Below, piece after piece: positions 23,719 through 36,547 of a DNA stretch of 64,000 nucleotides (position 1 is its first letter; every line of letters starts with the position of its first letter). The DNA is from Octopus sinensis (Eukaryota). The notes beneath the pieces are model-generated. The model had not been told where the DNA came from. It searched no databases and saw nothing but the letters and a program-made list of their open reading frames with translations. The stretch is taken from assembly GCF_006345805.1 (NCBI RefSeq), contig NC_043005.1, forward strand, positions 37,572,001-37,636,000, given 5' to 3'. The position numbers were made by a program, and so were the translations under genes.

Positions 23719-24186
23719 ACATATATATAATGTATGTATATGTTCATATGTATACATATATATGTATATTTATGTGCATATGTATATACTCATACATATA
23801 TAAGTACACACATGCACATATATATGGCATGTGATAAGTACAAAAGTTATGAATGAACTGCTTTTAGTTTCTTACTCATTAAGTACAGTATTCAGCTGTG
23901 CTTATATGCAGCATACTGAGTACAATCCACTAATTATTCAAGCTCATGCAACATAACTACTCAATGAGAATAGACTAGAAATAACATGAGAAAAGAGAAG
24001 AGTTGTTCCGAATAAAAGGCAGATATTTCTGATCTTGAAAACTAGATTGATGTCCCTTTAAACAGAAGACGAAGGTTAAGTTTGCCAGAAAATGTTCTAT
24101 CATACAAAAGAGGAAGAATAATGTTAATGCTGAGTGTATATGGTAAAGAATGACATGCTCAATATCAACACTTAAATATTTTTGCA

Positions 24187-24428
24187 CCATCCGATCGTGG
24201 CCATTTGCCAGCCTCGTCTGGCACCTATACTGGTGGCATGTAAAAAGCACCCACTACACTCACGGAGTGGTTGGCATTAGGAAGGGCATCCAGCTGTAGA
24301 AACACTGCCAGATCAGACTGGAGCCAAGTGCAGCCTTCTGGCTTCCCAGACTCTGGTCGAACTGTCCAACCCATGCTAGCATGGAAAACGGACGTTAAAC
24401 GATGATGATGATGATGATGATGATGATG
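24187..24428 (+). mobile_element. Well-preserved RTE-type 3' end with (GAT)n tail
   Basis: ...ggaagggcatccagctgtagaaac...ccaacccatgctagcatggaaaacggacgttaaac(gat)n. Confidence 0.88.
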
Positions 24429-25610
24429 AAAACATGTCACTTTTTGCTGAATTCACTTGCACTGAGTACTCATGCTACATGAACTTGAATACTTTATAAC
24501 ATTGTGGGTGAATACTGTACTTTTCAAGTATGAAACTTGAAGTAGCTTTCTCATTGGTGCTGTATTTATTAAATGCTATTTCACTTTCATATTTGTGATT
24601 GTTTTTGCTGATATCATCAACAAATGAACAGTACACATTATATATATATCTATATATGTACATATGCATTTGTGTGCTTCCTTATCTTTACATCACATGG
24701 TAATTGCAAATGAGTGTCACTGTTGTACAAGCAGTGTTCTTCATTTGTAATATTCCAGGAAATCTTGTCCAGTCAGAAGGAAATATCACCTCATTTGGAA
24801 ACAGTTGAGGGTTGTGACAGGAAGGGCATACAAACACAGAAAACCTGTCTCAACAAGTTCCATCTGATTGATGTCACCATTATTAAGGAGACGATGATGA
24901 AGAGGATGATGATGATGATGATGACGGTGACTACGTCAACAATAAATAATGACAATACATAAAATTAATTTTTATTCTTCCCTTGCTTCAGAAATAAGTT
25001 CAGATGATAATAATTCTAACAGTTGCTAGAACAGTGTTTCCTTGTTCTTTTACTCATTATCTATTCTTCATTCTTCCATTTCCTTTTCTAATTTTCAGCA
25101 ATTGTCTGAAAGGAAATAAAAGTTATTTCCTCTCTGATAATCATTACAAATTTTTTGTCTGCTCAAAACTTTCATGTTTTGATAAAAACTTATTCCTCAT
25201 ATCATTTGTCTCTGAGTTTCATCATGAGGTTTGATGGAATTTGATATTATTCACTTGAGTATTGTCTAATAAGTACCATTGTTTGAGGGTGTGGGACTTG
25301 TGATTGTTGATTGGTTGTTAGTTGAGTGATGACAGATAAAGAAAACTGAAGACTAGTGCATTTGTGGTTTGTGGGTAGTCTCTAACACTTAATGTCTTTA
25401 AGTTTGTTGGTTGAATAATTTCAAATCATTCACAGTATGTTTCTAAATAGAAATGATAAAACCATTCTTAGTTTCTTAGACATTTTCATATCTTCATATC
25501 TTTGACAATCACACCTACACTGAACAGCATAGAAAGAATTTGTATACATTCCTACAATATCTGGCAACAGTTAAAAGGCTCTCCAATATTTAACAGTACA
25601 TATACATCCA

Positions 25611-25648
<38 letters not shown>

Positions 25649-26315
25649 ATTTCAATTTACAGAAAAACAAAAGACAAAGGCAGGTGTATGAACAACAAGC
25701 AGGTCTATTAGCTTGATGCTCAGGAAAGTGAGAAAGTCTTTTACGTTTTGAGCCTACAGAAAGGAATATGAGAAAATAATCAGAGGTCAAGCATGGTGAC
25801 TGGTTGGGAAAAAATGTTTGACAGGAGAGGTAGAAAGAAAGAGAGATAATAAAGTGTTGGTGATCCCTAGATACATATATATATATATGATTTATTTTAA
25901 TCATTCTGAGGAAGCTATAGCATGTTGCACAAACACTCAGCTGTGTGTGCACTGCTTCTGATAGCAGAAACAACTATTAGCTAATGAATGTGATTATGTA
26001 ACTTCTGTCCTTGTATCATTTGCTAACTGATACTATGCTCTATATCCTCCAATCACTTTACTCTAAAGTTTAAATATATTAACTTCTTGTAATTGATTAT
26101 TTGTATCACTATGCCTGAATGAAGTCATAAAGTACACACACACACACACATTCACACACACACACACACACACACACTCAAATGCACACATACACTTACA
26201 CATATATACACGTAGACATTGGAACTTGATGCAGTGCTCCTACTCATGGGCTTCTGCAGAACCAGCAACCCCATGCCAGCATCGAAGACATTCATTAAAC
26301 GGTGATTCCATATAT

Positions 26316-26437
26316 AATTGTGTGTCGGTAAACACGATTATTTCCTCATAAATATTTATTTCAGACCCACCATTGTATATAATTGGCAGTAGTCAACCAG
26401 GTCAGGAAACAGTAATTTCGCTTACCAACACACAATT
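26316..26437. mobile_element. Short MITE with Tc1/mariner-like TIRs
   Basis: aattgtgtgtcggtaa (26316-26331) versus ttaccaacacacaatt (26422-26437), one mismatch; similarity extends inward to tttcct/aggaaa. Confidence 0.65.
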
Positions 26438-26952
26438 CTAATGGCCACTACACACACTATTAACGTAGGTGTGCATTGTGTGCCTTGGGATTGTGAACAT
26501 AAACACGATTCAGTGCAATTTATACTCACCTTCTGTTTGATTCTGTGTATGATCTGAGGTATATTATATGGTGGCCTGGTCAACTTTTTATCTAACCCCA
26601 AGTGTCTGATTGCTATGTATTAAAAGACCACCAAGGTATTTGTTCCATAATTCACTTGATGGAGTAGTACAAACACAAAATTTTGTCATAGGAGAGAAAT
26701 GTAATTCCATGAAGTTGTACAAATTATATTTTCTTCAACAAAATGTTGCAAAATTTCTCTAACATTCTATTTCATTTCTCATTAGAGGCCAATGTCAGAG
26801 CTCTGTATTTACCTATAATCATTGGTTGGGTAGCTTCATGAGTTATACTTTAAGATATGTTATAATGTGCTCTGTTGGGCTCATGTGAATGTTAATAGCA
26901 TATGTATATATATATATATATATGTGTGTGTGTATGTGTGTATATATATATA

Positions 26953-26987
<35 letters not shown>

Positions 26988-29900
26988 GAATGCATATGTA
27001 GATATATGTATGTAATCTTATTACTGTTATAATAACTTCAACATCCACTTTTTCATATTTGTGTGGCAAAATTCATTAATGAAGGTTTGTATTGACCAGA
27101 TTTTTTCCTTGTTTCCAATGTGACTGGACATGCTCTCAGTAGAGATTGTAGACAAATGCTTCTACTTATATGATGATAACAATTGTTTACAATCTGTACA
27201 TGATGTCAAAACAAGGTCAATCAAACATATGCACACATACATGCAGATAAAAAGGCATAAAATCACATAATATATGTATGTATTTATGTATATATGGGAT
27301 GGGTTTCTTGCAGTTTCAGTCTACCTAATCGACTCGTAAAGCTTTGCTCAGCTCACAGAAGATGCTTTCTCAAATGTGTGCAGCAGAAACTGAAACTGAA
27401 TCCATTTGGTTGTGTGTGAAGGGAATTTCTCATGTCTACACCTACAAACTCATATGCATGCACAAATACATACACACATATAGAAAACACTTAGTAGTGC
27501 TCAAATAATTTGAACTTACACACCGAACCCTTTACCAAGACTCAACACTACAAAGGGGCTTCTATTTTGAAATCTCTGGATCTCATCTGTTTCCTCCACG
27601 CACACGCAATCACACACCGATAGATGGAAAATATATGTGTGTATATACATATACATGGATGTTAAAAGAAGATATAATTTCATATACATACATACCTATA
27701 CGGCTGTTATTTTCATTGTATGAAAAGTGTGAAACTTGATGCCTTATGTCCTCCAGAGGTATTTTTTGGTATAAGTTTTGCATTAATTTTTTTTTTTGTT
27801 TTATTTGATTATTTGATTACATAAACTAAAATAGAACCTTTCAAACTGTCTTATCATTTTTAATTGTGGTCACCTAAATAAATTATTGGTTTGGTCAGTT
27901 CCACAGAATCAATATGTACAGTCATCTACCTATTGTTCTTATGTTGGGTGAATTTTTCTTTTTATAGACTGGAGATGTCCAAGTCACAAGTGATTAAGCC
28001 AAATTATATATTATTACCTGTTTTAATAAAGCTATCACGCAGCACAGACAATGACTGGTTTATCAAAGGTTATTACATGTCCTTCCTATAAATAGAGGTG
28101 TTTCAAGCTATAACAGTTGACAGAGATGAAATAAGTAGACAGATAGACACTCACAGCCACTTAGACATAAATACATTCTGACATAAACCACTGCTATTTA
28201 TTGTTTGGAAATAAACTTCAATACGAAAAATACTTGGCAGGTGAAAGAAAATTGACATAAAATTGAAAGGTGTGTGAGGTTTGTACTGTAAAGCTTTGGT
28301 GTTATACATACACACATACTGACACACATGTATATGAGTACATATATATATTACACACACGCACACACACACATATATATATATGAGGTTTGACCCTGTT
28401 TTAAGCATATAGTTTTATCTGTCTTTTACCTTTATCAAGAGAATAATTATTGTTCACTTTAAAGACAGAGAAATTGTAGAACTGTTAAAGCATTGGAGAA
28501 AAATGTATAACAGCATTTCTTCCAGCTCTTTATATTCTGAGTTCAAATCCCACTACTGCCAACCTTGCCTTACATCCTTATATCTATATGCACATGCACA
28601 CACATACAATGGAGTGGGCTTCTTGCAGTTCTATGCACCAAACTACTCACAAAGCTTTGGACCTCTCAGAGCTATTTAGTAGAAGACACTTGCCAAAGAT
28701 TCCATGTCATGGGGCAGAACCAGATGGTTTAGAAGCAAACTCTTTAACCATACAGCCATACCTGCACCTTTATGTGTTTGTGTGTGTGTGTGTGTTTCTG
28801 ATATTTATCATCTTCCTTGCTTCTATATAGCATGTTGTACCTGTTAAAAAAAACTTGCAAAATAAATTTCCAAACCACAAGAATACAAATTTAGATTTAC
28901 CAGCTCCTTCTTTCTTTGAACTGAATTTAGATGTAGATTTTCACCGACAACTACCTTTTGGTAGCTCTGTCAGACAATATATTCTTCTTCTTGCACATAT
29001 TTGAAGCAGCTTGAGTCTTTTCGTAGAAACATATCTGTAGTATATTTTCAAACTAATACAACCAGTCTGTTGATTTCTCTCTACTAATATCACCAAGCTC
29101 ATTCTTTAGTGTCATAGCAATCTACTTTAAATGTCAATGCTTTCAGATATTTCTCTCAAATGAAAAAATCCTTTTCTCTCAGTGCAAGACCTAAGACATC
29201 AGATTTCTATTCTTCCTGTAACATATAAATGTATTGAAACTCATAAACTTCTGCTTTTTAGTTACTTATCTAAGTCATTTCCCATTTACATGGACTCAGT
29301 TCTCTTTTTTTTCTTCTGTGCCTGTGTGTTATCTGTAGAAGGAAACTTACAAAATAGGGAAATGGAAAACATTGGTCAAAAACCCTCATCAAAGGAGTTG
29401 ACTGGATATATTCGCAAATAAGTTTTGATTTGAACATCTGTACAACATCATCATATAATGTCTGTCTTTCATGCTGGCATAGCTTGAATGATTTAATAAG
29501 ATCTAACTTGTCAGAAGACAGCATCAGGCTCCAATATCCACAGTGGCATGGTTCCTACACCTTGATGCTCTTCCTAATATCACCCACTTTATAGAGTGTT
29601 CTGGGTGATTTTTCATGTCATCAGCACAAGTGTGAACACTGAATAACTCACTAGACAAAACCACTCAAACTGAGTGATGATAATATTAAGGGTAGTAGCT
29701 TTATGTCCTCTTATGAGAAGTGAGATTATTATAGAGGGATAGCAACAAGTGTCTTGCTGTGGAGGAGATACATGACTAGCCAAAAGATGGTGGTGATTCA
29801 GTTTCAGTATGTGCCCACAAGGTACAAGAGGGTGAATGTGATAGGAGATTGGGACAAAGGGACATGATGAGAGTGATGGCTAGTTAGAGGTGGGGATATA

Positions 29901-32170
29901 CAAGAATGAAGTGAGTGACAAACAAGGAAGGGGGAATTGTTAGTGGCATATACCAGTTGGGTAAAAGGACTAAGGGTAGATCAGGGAGAATGAGACAAGT
30001 GGCAGGGCAATAGAAGTGTGGGGGGGGAGTTAGACAGCAGCAGCTTATGACAAAAGTTTGTCCAACCAATGATTAATCTATTACTACATACATCTTTAAT
30101 AACAAAATATTCATTAAAAACATAAATTTAAAAAAAAACAAAGCAATACCTGTAAATTATCAATAGTTTCAGATTTTAATTTATCAGCAAGAAATATGAT
30201 ATTAAGTTTCGTGAGTTTTTTTTTTTTTATTTCGTGTCTCTTGAATCATATGACTAATCACTTGGCACCAATAATCAGTTAGTTCTGTCAGCTAGTGATT
30301 TTATACAGATATTGTCATAATAGCTAAATATTTTGGCATTCAATAAAGCCAGTGTGTGGCAGCTAATTTTAAAGAATATTGTTTAGATTCATACTTAGAT
30401 ATTGGATTGTGAATCCTCATCTGGATATAGTCTTTCATAAACTTCTTTTTGTCAGCCAAAGGTCTCAGAGAAATTACCTTGGTCATTGTGTCAATTTTCT
30501 TTATGGTTAAACACAGTTCGTAGTGTAAAACTTTGACAAAAGAAGACGTGAAAAGGAGAAATGATTGGGTCACTGATAATGGTATTTAGACAGCAATGTC
30601 ATTCAATCACCCTCGAGATTCTTCTCTAACTCAGCCATTGTCTAACTGGTCACTACTTTCTCCAACTATTTATCAAAACTAACATCTGCGAATAAGGTGA
30701 GCAAAATAATTTTCTCCTGATATTTAACTTTCTTGCCAGCATTTTCATGCAAACAAGAAAGTTCTATCTCCCTCTGTTGAGGATTTAAGCTACAAAAATA
30801 AATAAAATGCTTTCATTTTAACAGTGGCTATCAGTAGTCTTGGTCTTCTTTTTATATTTGTATCTGATTTGTTAGAATGCGTTTTCTTCTTTACAATTGA
30901 TTTTTAAAGAATTTTTTATGTGTTTTTGTCATAAATACACCCACTATCAAAACAAAAACAACAAAAAACAAAAACATGAAAAAAAATCTTTGATTGAAAC
31001 TGAATTGCTATCTTTTAAAGTAAGTTTAGAATAACAAAAATTATTCAGAAACTGTTTACTAAACAGAAGCAACACATTGTACAGAATCAACCAAACAAAT
31101 CATATGTTATTTCCCTCGTCTGACTGTTTATTTCTTGTATTTTATTTGGATAGATGAATAGATCAACCCATCCAGTCAAATGTGACATACTGTGGCTCTG
31201 TGGGAACTTCATAAGGACGAAGTTTTCCTACAACCATATATATATATATATATAGACATATAATCATCATCATCACCCAGGTTAGTCCTGCTGGCATGCA
31301 TGGAAGGTAATGATGATGATTATATATATATATATACACACACACACATGTATATACACACACATACATGTACATGTGTGTGTAGTGTCTGTATGTTTTT
31401 GTGCCTATGTTTGTCCCACCAATGCCTCTTGACATCTAGTGTTGGTTTGCTATGCCCCATAGCTTAGCAGTTCTGCAAAAGAGACCAATAGAATAAGTAC
31501 CAAGCTTTAAAGAGAAAAGAAATATGTACTGGGGTCGATTTTTTTTTGACTAAAAATTCTCCAAGATGGTGCCCCTGTATGGCCACAGTCTAATGTCTGA
31601 AACAAGTAAAAGCATAAAAGAAAAAAATAATACAGCTAATAAAAATAAAAATAAATGAAATAAAAATAATCAAAGCAAAACAGTGAATGATGAAATGTGG
31701 ATGAAAACAAGAAAATAATAATGATGATAATGATGGTGAGGTATGTGATGAAAGTTTTGGTGTAAATAAATCGAAAAATGATAACGAGGTGGGATGCAAT
31801 ATTATAAAGGTTATGATAGAAATGTAGATAAGATGAAGGTGGCAGCTTTTTGGTAATGGAAATATAATTGACCAATATATCTAGGGTTGTATGAAACCAT
31901 AACAGATGCAGCGTAGGATGGTATTCTGCATTTTGTATTTGTACATTTGGATACAATATGTATATGTATATTGATGTATTCATTTCTGTATTATATGTAG
32001 TGTAGCCAAAAAATATCTTAGTGGTAGTGGTGGTTGATGTTACTGTACAAGGGTACTTTTTTGTAATACTATATGCAGTGTATGTTATGTAGAGTGTGAA
32101 ATATGTGTAATGAAGCTGAAGTACAATCATTTTTGGTGTATTGAAAATTCTATATTCTTGGCTTCATGTG

Positions 32171-32247
32171 AAGGTCTATAATTTAAGAAGTCCTATAAAT
32201 TTTCTTCTGGCAGAAAATTTATAGGACCTTCTTAAATTATAAACCTT
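32171..32247. repeat. 77-nt near-perfect inverted repeat (hairpin)
   Basis: Arm 32171-32205 versus arm 32212-32247 with one mismatch and one 1-nt bulge; 6-nt loop tctggc. Confidence 0.95.
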
Positions 32248-32784
32248 TATCTATTATAGAAATTCATCTTCTCGGATTTTTATTTACAAAACTCTGCATT
32301 CCCAAAAATAAAATTTGTAACATTTCTTTGGTACAAAGAATGCATTTTGTTTCTTTGTCTCTCTATGATTTGACTGTAGAATGCAACATTGCTTTTTTCA
32401 TGTACCAAAGGTAACTTGATAATTTTATTGTATTCTTTGCTTGATACGAAGGTGCTGGGCCTATCTACTCTTAAATTCATTTCTTTTAAGGCTTATTCAA
32501 GGAGCTGATGAGCACATTTTTAATAAGGTTCTTTTATAGATTTATACAATTTCAGCCAGTTCAGATGGCTCTGTTAACATTCATCTGTAATCTATTACGA
32601 TAATACCAATTTAATTAACTATATTAGAGGGAGCTATGTTCTGTGCTATACTGGGAGAGGTGGAATGAAATAGTTTGACTATTTTCCTATTGAAAAGCTT
32701 ATATTGGTTTCTAGAGAAGTGTCTATCTAATAAGGAGATAACTGTTTTATAAATGCAGCAATTTGCATGCTGCACCATGGATTA

Positions 32785-33001
32785 CAAGAGGGTGCTGAAA
32801 AGTTCCTGGCTTTAGGTAAAAGAAAATACAGGAGGCTCAGTTAATTATGATTTTATTCAACATATTCTCCTCTCAGATTCACACACTTATTGCAGCATTC
32901 CTTCAGTTTTTCCAAGCCCTGTAAAAGAATTCAGAAGGCTGGGCCTCCAACCAGGCTTTTTGTGATAGCTTTAAGACCAGGAACTTTTCAGCATCCCTTC
33001 G
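32785..33001. mobile_element. Non-autonomous mariner MITE, 217 bp, TA TSD
   Basis: TA|caagagggtgctgaaaagttcctggc ... accaggaacttttcagcatcccttcg|TA. Confidence 0.9.
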
Positions 33002-33789
33002 TATACCATGTAAATTTTCCATGTCTGTGATCATGTTTGGTCAACTGAATTACCTGCTCATTGAATTAAGATGTATAATTGGCTGAGAATTCCACAGGCA
33101 TATGTATTCTTAACGAAGCTCTTAATATGAATCAGTGTGATATGAGGTGACCAGTCTGCACTTTTAAATTACAGGTACATTTTGTCCAATGGACTTCCAT
33201 ATAGCAAGCAATGGCTGTGTTTATGTAGATATAAATGAAAGTAGTTTGTTTACACACACACACTTTGTCTGTATCTTATCTTATTCATATATGCCAGTAC
33301 CATCTCATATAACTATTTAATTTTCTTTGTTGTGTATTGGGAACATAATTGTTCCAGCAAGAACACACACACACAGAGGTTCTTTTTCATTTCTTTTGTT
33401 ATTAATAGTAAACTCAAGGCATTGCAAAATCATTAGCACACCTCACAAAATACTTAGAAGCATTGTGTACACCTTTACACTTTGAATTCTAATTCTGCCC
33501 AAGTCACCCTTGATTTCTATCCTTTTGGGGTGGATAAAATAAATACCAGTTGAACACTGGGGTCAATCTAATCAGCTTATCCCCTGCCCTGAACCTACTG
33601 ATCTTGTAACAAAATTTGAAACAATTATTATTAGTCAAATAGTTAGCTGTTTGGTCAATTAACTAATTCTTTATTTTATTAATTTTTCAGTAAGTCAAAC
33701 AATCAGCTAAGTTTGTCAGAGTCTTTTCATCACCATTTGTGACTTTATCAAGGAAATGCCCTCTCTGCAGCAGGACTGAGACCTGGAGT

Positions 33790-34060
33790 AGAGAAGGCAT
33801 ATCATTGATGAGGTCCTGCATAGTGACAAATGGACCTTCGTGAACTTTGCTGACTGGTTGACTAACTAAACATTTGGTCAAACAACCAATTAAATAATTG
33901 GTTAAGAAATGAAATAATTCACTAATCATAATAAAAGAAGTGAAACAGAACCAGTGTATGTGATTATTATTTGTAAAATGACCCTCCCAAAATACATGAT
34001 CTATTTCAGCACACAATTTCACATCAATAATCTTGCAAACCAAATACGAAAGCTGATATA
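33790..34060. repeat. Unclassified dispersed repeat, with related copies at about 50465-50750 (same strand) and 22860-22950 (opposite strand)
   Basis: Shared motifs tcattgatgaggtc, aataaaagaagtgaaa, atgaccc.cccaa.atac and cacatcaa.aatcttgc. Confidence 0.7.
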
Positions 34061-34131
34061 TTTAATTTTTGAATGCTTAATATATAATGTTTTTAATAAT
34101 GGATTTCTTTTTTCTTATTTTTTCCAAACAG

Positions 34132-34329
34132 ATACACGATGTAGAGGAGATGACTTAAAAATATTAAATGGTAATGTGGATATAGTTCCCTATAACAGAT
34201 TTGGAGCCATGGCAAAATACACCTGTGAAAAAGGCTACGTACTCTATGGCAATGCAACCCGGATTTGCCAAGGAGATGAAAAATGGAGCGGAGAGATACC
34301 TCGATGTGTCATGAAGGATCCAGATGTTG
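34132..34329 (+). CDS. Internal exon encoding one complete Sushi/CCP (SCR) domain of an extracellular protein, possibly lev-9-like
   Basis: Pyrimidine tract ttttttcttattttttccaaacAG (AG 34130-34131) and donor G|GTGAGA (GT 34330-34331). 198 nt, phase 1-1, open frame (D)[65 protein letters not shown] with the four-Cys Sushi pattern C..FG..AxYxCxxGYxLxG...RxCxxxxxWSGxxPxC. The lev-9 resemblance is from memory only. Confidence 0.93.
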
Positions 34330-34384
34330 GTGAGAAAAATACTTCAGGATTTCTATACACACTTATTTTTGTTTATAGAGAATT

Positions 34385-34395
34385 ATATATATATA

Positions 34396-34442
<47 letters not shown>

Positions 34443-34592
34443 ATATATGTGTATATATATATATATATATATAAGGTGCACATATATATATATATAATGT
34501 GCACATATATACATATACACACACACATATGTGTATGTCTACATATGCATATAAATGTACATGTTTGTGCATATGTGTATGTAGATGTGTAT

Positions 34593-34638
<46 letters not shown>

Positions 34639-34912
34639 TGTTTTCCTTATTTACATTTACAACACCATAGATTAGTCAAGTTTATGTAAGTCAGCATGTC
34701 TTGATATTTTGAGTGTTGAAAACAATCTCTTCCTTTGGTATTTATTGTTTTAGAAAGATTATAGATTTACTTGCATGTTGAATAACCACATCAAGGTCAC
34801 ATATGTGGAACTAGAAATGCAGGAATGTATGAGGGAGAATGGACTAAATCATTTCAGGAACCATCTACGAATGTCTATATGCACAACATAGATAATTACA
34901 TACATGTGTGCG

Positions 34913-34987
<75 letters not shown>

Positions 34988-35016
34988 ATATATATATATC
35001 CATATGTGTATATATA

Positions 35017-35072
<56 letters not shown>

Positions 35073-35082
35073 ATATATATAT

Positions 35083-35121
<39 letters not shown>

Positions 35122-35125
35122 CCAT
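34385..35125. repeat. Compound (TA)n-rich array just downstream of the Sushi exon
   Basis: Directly visible; includes recurring tccata(ta)tgtgta spacers near 34440, 34999 and 35121. Confidence 0.9.
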
Positions 35126-35582
35126 ATGTGTATACATGTATGTTAGTATGTACATAAGTTCATGTCTCTGTGTGTTTATGCAATATCTGTCCTAGTGAAG
35201 GTGAAGGAATCTATTTTCCTTGTTAGTGCATGTATATAGATATATAATTTTTCTTTATTTCTGTCTTCCTTTACTGAAAAAAATATTTTCAGGTTTTTTT
35301 TTCTGTCCTTCATTTTGTATTTTCTTATTTCTAGTTCTTTTTTCCTTTTCTTTCTCTCTCTCTCTCTCTCTCACACACTACCTAATCCTATCTCTTTCAT
35401 TTTCTCTCTCTCCCCTCTCGCTATCTATTCTCTCTTTCTCTTCCTTTTCTGTCTTACTCTCACTTTTTTCTCTTACTCTCTCTACCTCTATCTTTCTCTT
35501 TCTTCCTTTCTTTCTTTTTCTCTCTCATACTCGCTATGTCTTCCTACCTTTCTCTTTTGCACTATCACTTCCTCACTCACAT

Positions 35583-35632
<50 letters not shown>

Positions 35633-36246
35633 ATTACAGTACAGTCTATACTATAACACATTCATGCAACTATTTACATAGCCACTTAGACATAAAAGTA
35701 ACTAAAAATAATATAAAATAATAGTAAAAAAATAACTAAATTGATGGAATTGTATTTCATTATCGTCATCTATTTTTTAAATAAAATTTACAACTCGCAT
35801 TCTCTAATTTCATCAGTGGAATCATGTAAAACTTTATCATCATCATAACCACCATTCATCGTTGTCACCATCATCACCATTGCTGCCATTATTATACAAT
35901 TTACACTTATTTTACCAATACATTGGATGTCAGATATATATGACATTTTTTTGTAAAGTCATGATTTATATATGCATTAATTTTAATATGCATGTCTGTC
36001 TGCATACATATATACATACATGCAGATAGACAGATAGATATAAGTAAATAGATATAGATATACTTTTACTTATTTTTTATTGGTAGAAAGTTAAAACACT
36101 GATACAAGGGCTGCAAGTTTCATGCTTAGCCCTTATCTATCACATATATATATATAGGGAGAGTTCTCGAAAAAAACAAAAGACGAAGACAGGTGGTGTA
36201 GAAAACAATCAGATGTATTAGTATAATGCTCAGGAATTGAAAAAGT

Positions 36247-36282
36247 CTTTTACGTTTTGAGCCTATGCTCTTCTACAGAAAG
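36247..36282 (-). other. Degenerate minimal hammerhead-like motif within a Penelope-type terminal repeat
   Basis: Reverse complement reads CTTT-CTGTAGAA-GAGC-atag-GCTC-AAA-ACGT-A-AAAG; a related deleted copy lies at about 25737-25764. Confidence 0.5.
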
Positions 36283-36547
36283 GGACACAGAAAAAAACAA
36301 GGAGAGAAACAAGAGAAACATATGTATGTATGTATGTATATTTGTACACAAATACATACACAGCGCATATATACATATTGCTACTATGTATATTTTATAT
36401 ATGCGTGACAGATGATGTAGTGTTAATTATGGAAATAACATGCATTACAGAATTGCTGTCACATAATGGAATAAGCATCTATTCCATCACACACTTCTCT
36501 TGTTTGATCTTTCTGTCTATGTCTGTCTGTCTGTCTCTTTCTATTAC

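Noticed and set aside
29344-29524. Minus-strand ORF ending at a GTAAGT-like donor
   Set aside because: No convincing acceptor and no recognisable protein motif.
33954-34670. 238-aa ORF spanning the Sushi domain
   Set aside because: Only 34132-34329 is exon; the flanks are intronic read-through, including (TA)n.
34910-35120. Apparent symmetry of TT then AA interruptions in (TA)n tracts (also 1240-1425, 4690-4790), suggesting hairpin-templated repair
   Set aside because: The order is not consistent across tracts (22120-22170 and 38025-38160 break it), and single-base indels from slippage or sequencing explain the pattern.
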